Source: Octopus vulgaris (taxonomy: Eukaryota). From it: DNA of 64,000 nt. The DNA is taken from assembly GCA_951406725.2 (NCBI GenBank), contig CATOCA020000001.1, positions 3,720,001 to 3,784,000 on the forward strand. The letters run 5' to 3'. This document shows positions 53,161-64,000 of this stretch, one piece after another. The notes under the pieces were generated by a model. The model did not search any database. It saw only the letters and a list, made by a program, of their open reading frames with translations, and was not told where the DNA came from. Each line of letters starts with the position of its first letter. The first letter of the stretch is position 1. The position numbers were made by a program, and so were the translations under genes.

Positions 53161-55137
53161 TAGAAGAAGAAGAAGAAGAAGAAGAAGAAGAAGAAGAAGA
53201 AGAAGAAGAAGAAGAAGAAGAAGAAGAAGAAGAAGAAGAAGAAGAAGAAGAAGAAGAAGAAAAGAAGAAGAAGAAGAAGAAGAAGAAGAAGAAGAAGAAG
53301 AAGAAGAAGAAGACGAAAAGAAGAAGAAGATGAAGAAGAAGAACAAGAAGAGGAAGTAGAGGAGGAGAAAAAGAAGAAGAAGTAGAAGAAGAAGAAGTAG
53401 AAGAAGAAGAAGAAGAAGGAGACGAGGAAGAAGAAGTAGAAGAAGAAGAACAAGAAAGAGAAGAAGAAAAGAAGAAGAAGAAGAAGAAGAAGAAGAAGAT
53501 GAAGAAGAAATAGAAGAAGAAGAACAAGAAGGAAACAAGAAGAGGAAGTAGAGGAGGAGAAAAAGAAGGAGAAGAAGAAGAAGTAGAAGAAGAAGAAGAA
53601 GAAGAAGAAGAAGAAGGAGAAGAAGAAGAAGAAGAAGAAGGAGAAGAAGAAAATGAAGAAGAAGAAGAAGAAGAAGAAGAAGAAAAAAGAAGAAGAAGGA
53701 GGAGTAGAAGAGAAACAAGAAGAAGAAGAAGAAGAAGTAGAGGAAGAAGAAGCATGAAAAAGAAGAAAGAAATGAAGAAGGAGGTGGAAAAGGAGAAGAA
53801 GGAAGAGAATAAAAAGAAAGAAGACAAGAAGAAGAAGAAGGAGGAGGAGGAGGAGGAGAAGTAGATGAAGAAGTAGAAAGTAGAATTAAGTAAAGAAAAA
53901 GCAGAAGAAAAAGGATGAGGATGAGGGGGAGTGGGAGAGTAAGAATTACAAGAAGAATAAAGAGGAAAAGAAGGAGAAGAAGAAGAAGAAGAAGAAGAAG
54001 AAGAAGAAGAAGAAGAAGAGAAAGAAGAAGAAGAAGAAGAAGGAGTAGTAGAAGAAGAAGAAGAAGAAGAAGAAGAAGAAGAAGAATAGGAAGAAAAAGA
54101 CGTCGAAGAAAAAGAAGAAAAGAAGAAGGAGAAGGAGGAAGAGGAGACAAAAGGAGGAGGAGTATGAAGGGGAAGTAGAAGTAAAAGAAGTAGAAGAAGG
54201 AGGATGTGGAGGAGGAGAAGGAGAATAACAAAAAGAAGATAAGAAGAAGAAAGAGGAGAGAGAGAGAAGTAGATGAGGAAGTACAAAGTAGAAGAAGAAG
54301 AAGAAGAAGAAAAATAAAGATGAAAGAGAAGAATAAGAAAAAGAAGGAGGAAGACGGGGAGGAGAAGTAGAAGGAGAAGAAGAAGAGGAAGAAAAAGAAG
54401 GAGAAGAGAAATGAGAAGTACAAGAAGAAGAGGAAGAAAAATAGGTAGGGGATGAGAAAGAAGAAGAAGGAAAAAAGATGAATAAGAAGAAGAAGAAGAG
54501 GAGGAAAAAGGAGGAGGAGGGAGAGGAGGAGGTTGAAGGAGCAGAAGAAGTAGGAGAAGAAGAAAAAGAAAGATGATGAGGAGGAGGAGGTGGAAAAGAA
54601 GAAGAAGAAGAAGAAGGAGTAGAAGTAGAAAAATAAAAAGAAGGAGGTAGACAAGGAGAAGTAGAAGAAGAAGGAGGAGGAGCAGAAGAAGAGGGAGAAA
54701 AAGTAGATGAAGAAGAAGAAGAAGAAAAAAGGAGGGAGATGGGGAGGGGTAGGGTGAGAATTACAAGAAGAAAAAGGAGGAGGAGGGGAAGAGAATTACA
54801 ATAAGAAAATGAAGAATAAGACGGAGAAGGAGAAGAGAAAAGATTAGAAGTAGAAAAGAAGGAGGGGTAGGGGGAGGAGGGAACAAGAAAGATAGAAGAA
54901 AAGAAGAAGCAGAAGAAGAAGAAGAAGAAGAAGAAGGAGAGGGAGAAGATAAAAAGAAGAAGAAGAAGAAGGAGAGGAAGAAGATAAAGAAGAAGAGGAA
55001 AAAGAAGGACGAGGAGGAGGAGCATGAGGAATGGCGGAGGAAGAAGAAGAAGAAGAAGAAGAAGAAGAAGAAGAAGAAGAAGAAGAAGAAGAAGAAGAAG
55101 GACGAGGAGGAGGAGCAGGAGGAATGGTGGAGAAGAA

Positions 55138-55169
<32 letters not shown>

Positions 55170-55520
55170 TAAAGAAGAAGAGGAAAAAGAAGGACGAGGA
55201 GGAGGAGCATGAGGAATGGCGGAGGAAGAAGAAGAAGAAGAAGAAGGACGAGGAGGAGGAGCAGGAGGAATGGTGGAGGAAGAAGAAAAAGGAGAAGAAG
55301 AGGAAGAAGAAGAAAAAAAAGGACGAGGAGGAGGAGCAGGAGGAATGGCGGAAGAAGGAGAAGAAGAAGAAGAAGAAGAAGAAGAAGAAGAAGAAGAAGA
55401 AGAAAAAGAATGACGAGGAGGAGGAGCAGAAGGAATGGTGGAGGAAGAAGAAGAAGAAGAAGAAGACGAAGAAGAAGAAAAGGAAGAAGAAGAAGAAATG
55501 AAGTGGAAATGAAGAGGAGA
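53161..55520. repeat. Degenerate (GAA/GGA)n polypurine tract with internal higher-order repeats
   Basis: About 2.3 kb, almost all purine on the plus strand; gacgaggaggaggagca..ggaatgg motif repeated about 7 times at 55005-55445. Confidence 0.95.
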
Positions 55521-55821
55521 AGAATATGAAGAGATAGATCGATAAATCTTGGGCGAGAAAGATGGCTGAAAAATCAGGGAATATACGGAATCAGAAATCA
55601 ACATATTCAAATGCACTCATACACATTCTTATATTCATAGTATCAACGACGGAATGCGGTATGCACACTCACATCACATATTCCCACTCACCCTTGTGGA
55701 AATATGGTGAGAGAGATTATTTAGTTCATATCGCTTCATTGTCACAAGAATATTAGAAAACACACGCTGACAAGAAATATATCAGCAGTTTAATTGTATC
55801 AGGCCAAATATCCCAGCTTAC

Positions 55822-55908
55822 AAGTACAGTAAGTATTTCAGGTTTACAGATAGAATGTATGTGACTATATTATTCGAATATATATTTTCCGCTTCCACTT
55901 CAGTTGCT
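55822..55908 (-). CDS. Atypical LRR exon, cassette 1: ATEVEAENIYSNNIVTYILSVNLKYLLY
   Basis: taatag acceptor, gtaagc donor, 87 nt, phase 2 to 2; IxxNxI..LxxLxxL. Confidence 0.55.
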
Positions 55909-56453
55909 CTATTACATAAATAACGTGAAGTGAATGACAAAATTCGAAGTTGAATGATAATATCGAAACACGAAGGAGAATATTGAAATAAGAAATGGAG
56001 GAGGATGCAAAATATAAAATAAAGGAATAATATAGTCACATTTCACACAGAACTACACTTATATATGAACATACACATATACTTCAGCTAAAAATATTTG
56101 ATGCAAACATGTAAACTCACAAACGTTACCATTTCTAATACAAATTCATATCAAAATCATTGAAATTTGGGGAACAAAAATGAGTTATTTAGATGCGAAG
56201 TGAATCAAAGCAACTACAATAAAGGAACATTATATTTTCCCTATTATTTCACTTTCTCCCTCAAATTCTCTCTCTTTCTTTCACATTGTCTCGCTCTCTC
56301 ATATTCTCCTTCTATATTCCTAAATCGTGTTCGATCCTCAAATTTGAATTAATTTTGTTTGGTTCAGTCTGAAATTTTATACATTTGTGAGCTTATATAT
56401 CAGCATCAATTATTACTTTCGGAAAATAGTATCAAGAAACTGAACGAACTTAC

Positions 56454-56525
56454 AATTCTTTTAAATTCGAAAGCCCCGTGAATGCACCTTCTTTGATGGT
56501 TGAAATGTTGTTCTCGTTCAGAGCT
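56454..56525 (-). CDS. Canonical 24-aa LRR exon, cassette 1: ALNENNISTIKEGAFTGLSNLKEL
   Basis: ctttactgctatag acceptor, gtaagt donor, 72 nt, phase 2 to 2. Confidence 0.92.
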
Positions 56526-58567
56526 CTATAGCAGTAAAGAAAGAGTAAAATAGATTAGATGGAAAATATTTGTGATGCGACATCAAACACTGTGACTTCA
56601 GAATGAAAGGAAGAAAAGGCAGAAAGATTACGAAGAAGAAAAGGAAGAAGAAGAAGGAGGAGGAGGAGGAGGAGGCGAAGAAGAAGAAAAGGAAGAAGAA
56701 GAATTAGTAGAAGAAGAAAGGAGAAGAAGGAGAATAAAAAGAAGAGGAAGAAGGTATAGGAGGAAAAAGGAGGAGGAGGATGGTAAAAGGGAAGAAGTAG
56801 AAGCGGAAAAAGTAAAAGAAGAAGGAGGAGGAGGAGGCTGACAAGTAGATGAAGAAGTAGAAAGAAGAAGAAGAAGAAGAAGAAGAAGAAGAAAAAGAAA
56901 AAGAAGAAGAAGAAAATGAAGGAGGATGAGGAGGGGGAGAGGAAGAAGAAGAATTGCAAGAAGAAGAAAGAAGAGAAGAACAAGAAGAAGACGTAGAAGA
57001 AGTAGAAGCAGGAAAAAGAAAAAGAAGTTGAAGAAGGAGGAAGAGGAGTAGGAGGAGGAGAAGGAGAAGAAGAAGTAGAAAGAAGGAGAGGAAGAAAAAT
57101 AAGAAGAAGAAGAAGAAGAAGAAGAAGGAAGAGGAGGAAAAAGGAGGAGGAGGAGAATGATGGGGAAGAATAAGTAGGAGAAGATGAAAAAGAAGAAGAT
57201 GAAGGAGGAGGAGGATAAGAATAACAAAAAGAAGAATATAAGAAGAAGAAAGAGGAGTAGGAGGAGAAGTAAATGTTGAAGTAGAAAGTAGTAGAAGAAG
57301 AAGAAGGAGAAGGAGAAGAAGTATAAGAAGAAAAAAAGAGTAGAAAAATGAGAAGAAGAAAAGAAAAAGGAGGAGGAGGAAAAGAAGAAGAAGAAGAAGA
57401 CGCAGAAGAAGAAGAAAAAGAAGCGGGAGAGGAGGGGGAGGAGGAGAATTACAAGAAAAAAAGGAGGAGGAGGGGCGGAGAGGATTGGGAAGAAAGAAAG
57501 AAGAGGAAAAAAGAAGTAGAAGAAGGAAGAGGAAAAGGAGGAGGAAGCAATGAAGGGGAAAAGTAGGAGTAGAAGAAAAAGAAGAAGAATAAGAAAAAGA
57601 AGGAGGAGGAGTTGAAAAAGTTGAAAGTAGAAGAGGATGTAGGAGAAGAAGAAGAAGAAATAAGTAGAAGCGAGAGAAGATGAAAAAGAATAAGGAGAAG
57701 GAGAAGAAAAAGAGGAAGAATAAGAAGACGAAGAAGAAGAAGAAAAACGAGCAGGAGAGGAGGGGAGGAGGAGAATTACAAGAAGAAAAATGAGGAGGAG
57801 GGGCGGAGTGGAGGGGAAGAGAATTTAAAGAAGAAAATGAAGAATAAGAAGAAGAAGAAAGAAGAAGAAGAAGGAGTAGGAGGAGTAGAAGTAGAAGAAA
57901 AAGAAAAGAAGAGAAGAAGAAGAAGAAGGAAAAGAAGAAAAAGAAGAGAAGAAAAAGAAGGAGGAGAAGGAGCAGCAGGAGGAGAGGAAGAAGAAGAAGT
58001 AGATGAAGTAGAAGTGGAAGAAAGAAAAGAAGAAGAAGAAGGACAAAAAGAAGAAGAATTGAAGAAAATGAAGGAGGACGAGGAGGAACAGGAGGAGAGG
58101 CAGAGGAAGAAGAAGAAGAAGAAAGAAGAAGAAGAAGAAGAAGAAGAAGAAGAAGAAGAAGAAGAAGAAGAAGAAGAAGAAGAAGAAGAAGACGACGAAG
58201 AAGAAGACACATTGAAAATCATGGTGTTTAAGATGAAACTGAAAATATTTTCGAAATATCAGGAAATAATTCAAGGAGAGAACGAAAAATTTTGGGCGAG
58301 AAGACATGGCTGAAAAATCAGGGAATATACGGAATCAGAAATCAACATATTCAAATGCACTCATACGCATTCTTATATTCATAGTATCAACGACGGAATG
58401 CGGTATGCACACTCACATCACACATATTCCCACTCACCCTTGGGGAAATATGGTGAGAGAGATTATTTATTTCATATTGCTTCATTGTCACAAGAATATT
58501 AGAAAACACACGCTTACAAGAAATATATCAGCAGTTTAATTGTATCAGGCCAAATATTCCACCTTAC

Positions 58568-58654
58568 AAGTACAGTAAGTATTTCAGGTTTACAGATAGA
58601 ATGTATGTGACTATATTTTTTGAATATATATTTTCCGTTTCCACTTCAGTTGCT
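58568..58654 (-). CDS. Atypical LRR exon, cassette 2: ATEVETENIYSKNIVTYILSVNLKYLLY
   Basis: 87 nt, phase 2 to 2, ag/gtaagg. Confidence 0.55.
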
Positions 58655-59199
58655 CTATTACATAAATAACGTGAAGTGAATGACAAAATTCGAAGTTGAA
58701 TGATAATATCGAAACACGAAGGAGAATATTGAAATAAGAAATGGAGGAGGATGCAAAATATAAAATAAAGGAATAATATAGTCACATTTCACACAGAACT
58801 ACACTTATATATGAACATACACATATACTTCAGCTAAAAATATTTGATGCAAACATGTAAACTCACAAACGTTACCATTTCTAATACAAATTCATATCAA
58901 AATCATTGAAATTTGGGGAACAAAAATGAGTTATTGAGATGCGAATTGAAACAAAGCATCTACAATAAAGGAACATTATATTTTTCCTATTATTTCATTT
59001 TCTCCCTCAAATTCTCTCTCTTTCTTTCACATTGTCTCGCTCTCTCATATTCTCTTTGTATCTTCCTAAATCTTGTTCATTCTACATATTCGAATTGATT
59101 TTGTTTGGTTCAGTCTGAAATTTTATACATTTGTGAGCTTATATATCAGCATCAATTATTACTTTCGGAAAATAGTATCAAGAAACTGAACGAACTTAC

Positions 59200-59271
59200 A
59201 AGTAGTTTAAATTTGAAAGCCCCGTGAATGCTCCTTCTTTGATGGTTGAAATGTTGTTCTCGTTCAGAGTT
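59200..59271 (-). CDS. Canonical LRR exon, cassette 2: TLNENNISTIKEGAFTGLSNLNYL
   Basis: 72 nt, phase 2 to 2, ag/gtaagt. Confidence 0.92.
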
Positions 59272-60471
59272 CTATAGCAGTAAAGAAAGAGTAAAATAGA
59301 TTATATGGAAAATATTTGTGATACAACATCAAACACTGTGACTTGAGAATGAAAGGAAGAAAAAGAAGAAAGATAACGAATAAGAAAAGGAAGAAGAAGA
59401 AGGAAGAGGAGGAGGCGAAGAAGAATTAGAAGAAGAAAGGAGAAGAGGTAGAAGAAAAAGAAGAGCAAGAAGGAATAGGAGGAAAAAGGAGGAGGAGGCT
59501 GATAAAAGGGAAGAAGATGTAGGAGAAAAAGTAAAAGAAGGAGAAGGAGGGGGAGGAGGAGGAGGAAGAGAATAACAAGAAGAAGATAAGAATAAGAAAG
59601 ACGAGGAAGAAGTGGAGGAGAAGTAGATGAAGAAGTAGAAAGAAGAAAGGAGAAGAAGAAGAAGGAGAAGAAGAAGGAGAAGAAGAAAGAAGAAGAAGAA
59701 GAAGAAGACGAAAAAGAAGGAGGATGAGGAGGGGGAGGGGAAGAAGAAGAATTGCAAGAAGAAGGAAGGGAAGAACAAGAAGAAGAAGACGTAGAAGAAT
59801 TTGAAGCAGGAAAAAGAAGAAGATGAAGAAGAAGAAGGAGGAGGAGGAGGAGGAGGAGGAGAAGGAGAAAGAGAATAACAAAAACAGAAGTTAAGAAGGA
59901 GAAGGAGGAGGAGGAGAAGATGTAGAAGAAGAAGAAGAAGAAGAAGGAAGTGGAGGAAAAAGGAGGAGGAGTAGGAGTATGAAGGGGGAGAATAAGTAGG
60001 AGAAGATGAAAAAGAAGAAGATGAAGGAGGAGGAGGAGGAGGAGGAGAATAACAAAAAGAAGAATATAAGAAGAAGAAAGAGGGGTAGGAGGAGAAGTAG
60101 ATAAAGAAGTAGAAAGAAGAAGTAGAATATAAAAGAAAAAAAAGAAATAGAAGAATGAGAAGAAGAAAAGAAAAAGAAGGAGGAGGAGGAAAAGAAGAAG
60201 AAGAATTAGAAGAAGAAGCAGAAGAAGAAGAAAAGGAGCAGGAATGGAAGGGAGGAGGAGAATTAGAAGAAGAAGAGGAGGAGGAGGGGCGGAGAGGATT
60301 GGGTAGAAAAAAAGAAGATGAAAAAAAGAAGTAGAAGGAAGAGGAAAAAGGAGGAGGAAGATGATGATAGGGAAAAAGTAGGTGTAGAAGAAAAAGAATA
60401 AGAATAAGAATAAGAAGGAGGAGGAGGAGGAGGAGGAAGGGTAGATGAAGAAGTTGAAAGTAGAAGAAGAA

Positions 60472-60506
<35 letters not shown>

Positions 60507-61363
60507 AGAAGAAGAAGAAGAAGAAGAAGAAGACGGAGAAGAAAAAGAAGAAAAAAGAAAAAGGAGCAGGAGAGGAGGGGGAGGAAGAGAATTACAAGAA
60601 GAAATAGGAGGAGGAGGGGCGGAGTGGAGGGGGAAGAGAATTTAAAGAAGAAAATGAAGAATAATAATAAGAAAAAAATTAGAAGAGGAAGGAGGAGGAG
60701 GACCAGGAGGAGGAGGAGGACCAGGAGGAGGAGGTGGAGGAGGTGAAATAGAAGAAGAAGAAAAGAAGAGAAGAAGAAGAAGAAGAAGTAGATAAAGTAG
60801 AAGTGGAAGAAAGAAAAGAAGAAGAAGAAGGAGGAGGAGGCAGAAGACGAAATGACAAAAAGATGATGAAAAAGGCAGAGAAGGAGAAGTAGAATAAGAA
60901 AAAGAAAAAAAAGAGAAGAAGAAGAGAAGAAGAAGAAGAAGAAGAAGAAGAAGAAGAAGAAGAAGAAGAAGAAGAAGAAGAAGAAGAAGAAGACGAAGAA
61001 GAAGACACATTGAAAATCATGGTGTTTAAGATGAAACTGAAAATATTTTCGAAATATCAGGAAATAATTCAAGGATAGAATGAAAAATTTTGGGCGAAAA
61101 GACATGGCAGAAAAATCAGGGAATATACGGAAACAGAAATCAACATATTCAAATGCACTCATACACATTCTTATATTCATAGTATCAACGACGGAATGCG
61201 CTATGCACACTCACATCACATATTCCCACTCACCCTTGTGGAAATATGGTGAGAGAGATTATTTATTTCATATCGCTTCATTGTCACAAGAATATTAGAA
61301 AACACACGCTTACAAGAAATATATCAGCAGTTTAATTGTATCAGGCCAAATATTCCAGCTTAC

Positions 61364-61450
61364 AAGTACAGTAAGTATTTCAGGTTTACAGATAGAATGT
61401 ATGTGACTATATTATTCGAATATATATTTTCCGCTTCCACTTCAGTTGCT
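61364..61450 (-). CDS. Atypical LRR exon, cassette 3: ATEVEAENIYSNNIVTYILSVNLKYLLY
   Basis: 87 nt, phase 2 to 2, ag/gtaagc. Confidence 0.55.
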
Positions 61451-61995
61451 CTATTACAAAAATAACGTGAAGTGAATGATAAAATTCGAAATTGTTTGAT
61501 AATATCGAAACACGAAGGAGAATATTGAAATAAGAAATGGAGGAGGATGTAAAATATAAAATAAAGGAATGATATAGTCACATTTCACACAGAACTACAC
61601 TTATATATGAACATACACATATACTTCAGCTAAAAATATTTGATGCAAACATGTAAACTCACAAAGGTTACCATTTCTATTACAAATTCATATCAAAATC
61701 ATTGAAATTTGGGGAACAAACCTGAGTTATTGAGATGCGAATTGAAACAAAGCAACTACAATAAAGGAACATTATATTCTTCCTATTATTTCACTTTCTC
61801 TCTCAAATTCTCTCTCTTTCTTTCACATTGCCTCGCTCTCTCCTATTCTCTTTGTATCTTCCTAAATCTTGTTCATTCTACAAATTCGAATTGATTTTGT
61901 TTGGTTCAGTCTGAAATTTTATACATTTGTGAGCTTATATATCAGCATCAATTATTACTTTCGGATAATAGTATCAAGAAACTGAACGAACTTAC

Positions 61996-62067
61996 AATTC
62001 TTTTAAATTTGAAAGCCCTGTGAATGCACCTTCTTTGATGGTTGCAATGTTGTTCCAATGCAGATAT
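61996..62067 (-). CDS. Canonical LRR exon, cassette 3: YLHWNNIATIKEGAFTGLSNLKEL
   Basis: 72 nt, phase 2 to 2, ag/gtaagt. Confidence 0.92.
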
Positions 62068-62489
62068 CTATAGCAGTAAAGAAAGAGTAAAATAGATTAT
62101 TTGGAAAATATTTGTGATACGATATCAAACACTTTGACTTCAGAATGAAAGGAAGAAAAAGAAGAAAGATAACGAAGAAGAAAAAGAAGAAGAAAGATAA
62201 CGAAGAAGAAGAAGAAGAAGAAGAAGAAGAAGAAGAAGAAAAAGAAGAAGAAGAAGTAGAAGAAGAAGAAGCAGAAGGAGAAGAAGAAGAAGCAGGAGGA
62301 GAAGAATATCTTAATGTGGCAGCCGTTTCATGTTTATTTCCTACTTGACTTGCACAACCTCGAGTGTCCGCTTCGCCTCTCTATGTACCAACACACACAT
62401 CCACACACATACACGCACATGTATGCACATATAAGCACATACACACATATACACTCAGAAATATATACACATATGTATATCTACCTCTG

Positions 62490-63250
62490 GGTGCGAGTAT
62501 GTGCGTGAACCTCGTCCCCGTAGTGGTGTCCTTTTATCTGTCGATACAGTTTATTATCGAATCTAAAGATGTTGTCTTCTAGTTCCCGGCGTGTGTCTTT
62601 GGAAATGCGTTTTGAAGCGTCGTCCATCCGTCCGCTATGTTTTTCTACCCAGTGTTTGATTGCTTCCAGGCCCAAAGTGTGATGTATTTGTACAAAGATT
62701 AGTCAAATATTTTAAGTATAGTACGTTCTGGGACAGTGGGTGGAATGTGTTTGATGAAATCCATATCGTCTCGGGTATAGCTGGGCATTAATGGGCACAA
62801 CGGTTTGAGGAGTATATCCAAAAGATGGCTCAGTTGTTGTGTTGGGGCTCAAGGTCCAGCAACTGTTGGTCTCAATTTGATGTCAGTAGGTCTTAGTATT
62901 TTTATATGCTGATCCTTGCATTTTGGAGCATTCGCAGATCTTGGGTGATCCATAGAAATTACTCTCTTTCATTACAGAGCTGCATAAATAATCTTTCTCT
63001 TTATCTGTGAACGAACGTTGGTATTCATTTATCAGACTTTTGAGTGTATTCATTATTACATTTTCCGGGTGTCTTGGTTCTTCCTTGTAGCAGGATTGGT
63101 CTGTTTCCAATATTTTATTTTTATAGTAGTCTTGGTCCGTGACTGCTATCACCCTTCCCTAATCGGTTTCTTTTAGGATGATTGAATTGTCATTCTTCAG
63201 TTTGTAAGGCTTTCTTTTCTTCTTCACGAAGGTTCTGTTCGATTTACGGG
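62490..63250 (-). mobile_element. Degraded Penelope-like RT fragment
   Basis: IAVTDQDYYKNKILE..FYGSPKI and GLEAIKHW..EDNIFRFDNKLYRQIKG motifs. Confidence 0.8.
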
Positions 63251-64000
63251 TAGTTTATTATATAAGATATAAAACGGATTTAAGTCACCACGTAAAGTAT
63301 GAATGAAAAACACACATGCATGTAAAATATGAGAAAAGAATGGATGTTCAAAATATTTGTGATTTGAATTAGATTTACAAAGCATTCGTTGCAACATCAG
63401 TTTTCAGTGGAAGATATTTTTATCATCTCAGAAGTCAGCTTTATTTAGAAATATCTTGTTTCTGTCCAATGAGCATTCTATTTGTTATTACACTTTGCTG
63501 TCAAAAGTAATTTATCTTTGCAAAAGTAAACTCCTTTCCTTTGCATAATTGATGCATAAAAGTTCTTCACAAAAATAAACCCCCAAAACTTCAAGACTGA
63601 AATAATAGACTAGGAAGGAAAACATAACAGAAATAGAAAGGGATTTATTAATAGAATTGGTGAAGGTAGAGTGGGGAAACCCTGATATAATTTTGAGTCA
63701 TGTGCTACAACGGAGAACAACCTTACATGGTGATTTAACTGGCTTAGGGTGTTATTTAAAAAAGGGATGTGATTACATACATTGCCTTAGTTTTTTCGTC
63801 TTTTTTTAGTCCTTTGCTTCTTTTTCTTGTTGTATTAAACCTCAGTTTGTTCCCATTATTAACTACCTATGCTAAATCCTTCATCCCCTAAGTAGCATCC
63901 CTCTTCATTATTCCTGTAAAGGTTGACCTGCAACAGCTCAAACGGAATATTAATGATATCTGCCTCACAAGTATTGGAGATCTTGCAGGAGTTATAAAAC

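Larger units (their letters stand above)
55540..62150. repeat. Three-copy tandem duplication (~1.1 kb unique block + ~1.6 kb GAA spacer)
   Basis: Near-identical blocks ~55540-56625, ~58205-59360, ~61000-62150; exon offsets 2746 and 2796 bp. Confidence 0.97.

Noticed and set aside
52854-61210. Long low-complexity ORFs (up to 556 aa of F/L/S or E/K/R)
   Set aside because: Translations of GAA/TTC tracts; no coding signal.
63969-64000. Possible further LRR exon end (LLQDLQYL|gtgagg, minus strand)
   Set aside because: In-frame TAA at 63992-63994 and cut off by the window edge; cannot be supported.

Overview
AT-rich, microsatellite-dense animal genomic DNA. The tRNA-derived SINE families and repeat content point to an octopod cephalopod (inference). 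The ORF track is mostly microsatellite artefact. Reading splice sites by hand gives one multi-exon gene on the minus strand with consistent intron phases, running from at least 62067 down to a stop at 18851; its 5' end lies outside the window. It encodes an adhesion-GPCR-type ectodomain: three tandem ~2.75-kb LRR exon cassettes, an LRR C-cap, a 12-Cys Ly6/uPAR (three-finger) domain, a SEA-like module, a hormone-receptor (HRM) domain, a second duplicated SEA-like module and a short tail ending ETNF*. I found no GAIN/GPS or 7TM exons. Introns and flanks contain a CR1/L2-group LINE, R4/Dong LINEs in (TAA)n, a near full-length RTE LINE, Penelope-like fragments, a MULE relic, a small Helitron and SINEs. 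They also hold six recognisable type I hammerhead ribozyme motifs, several in Penelope-like inverted-repeat remnants. All calls come from manual reading; no searches were run.
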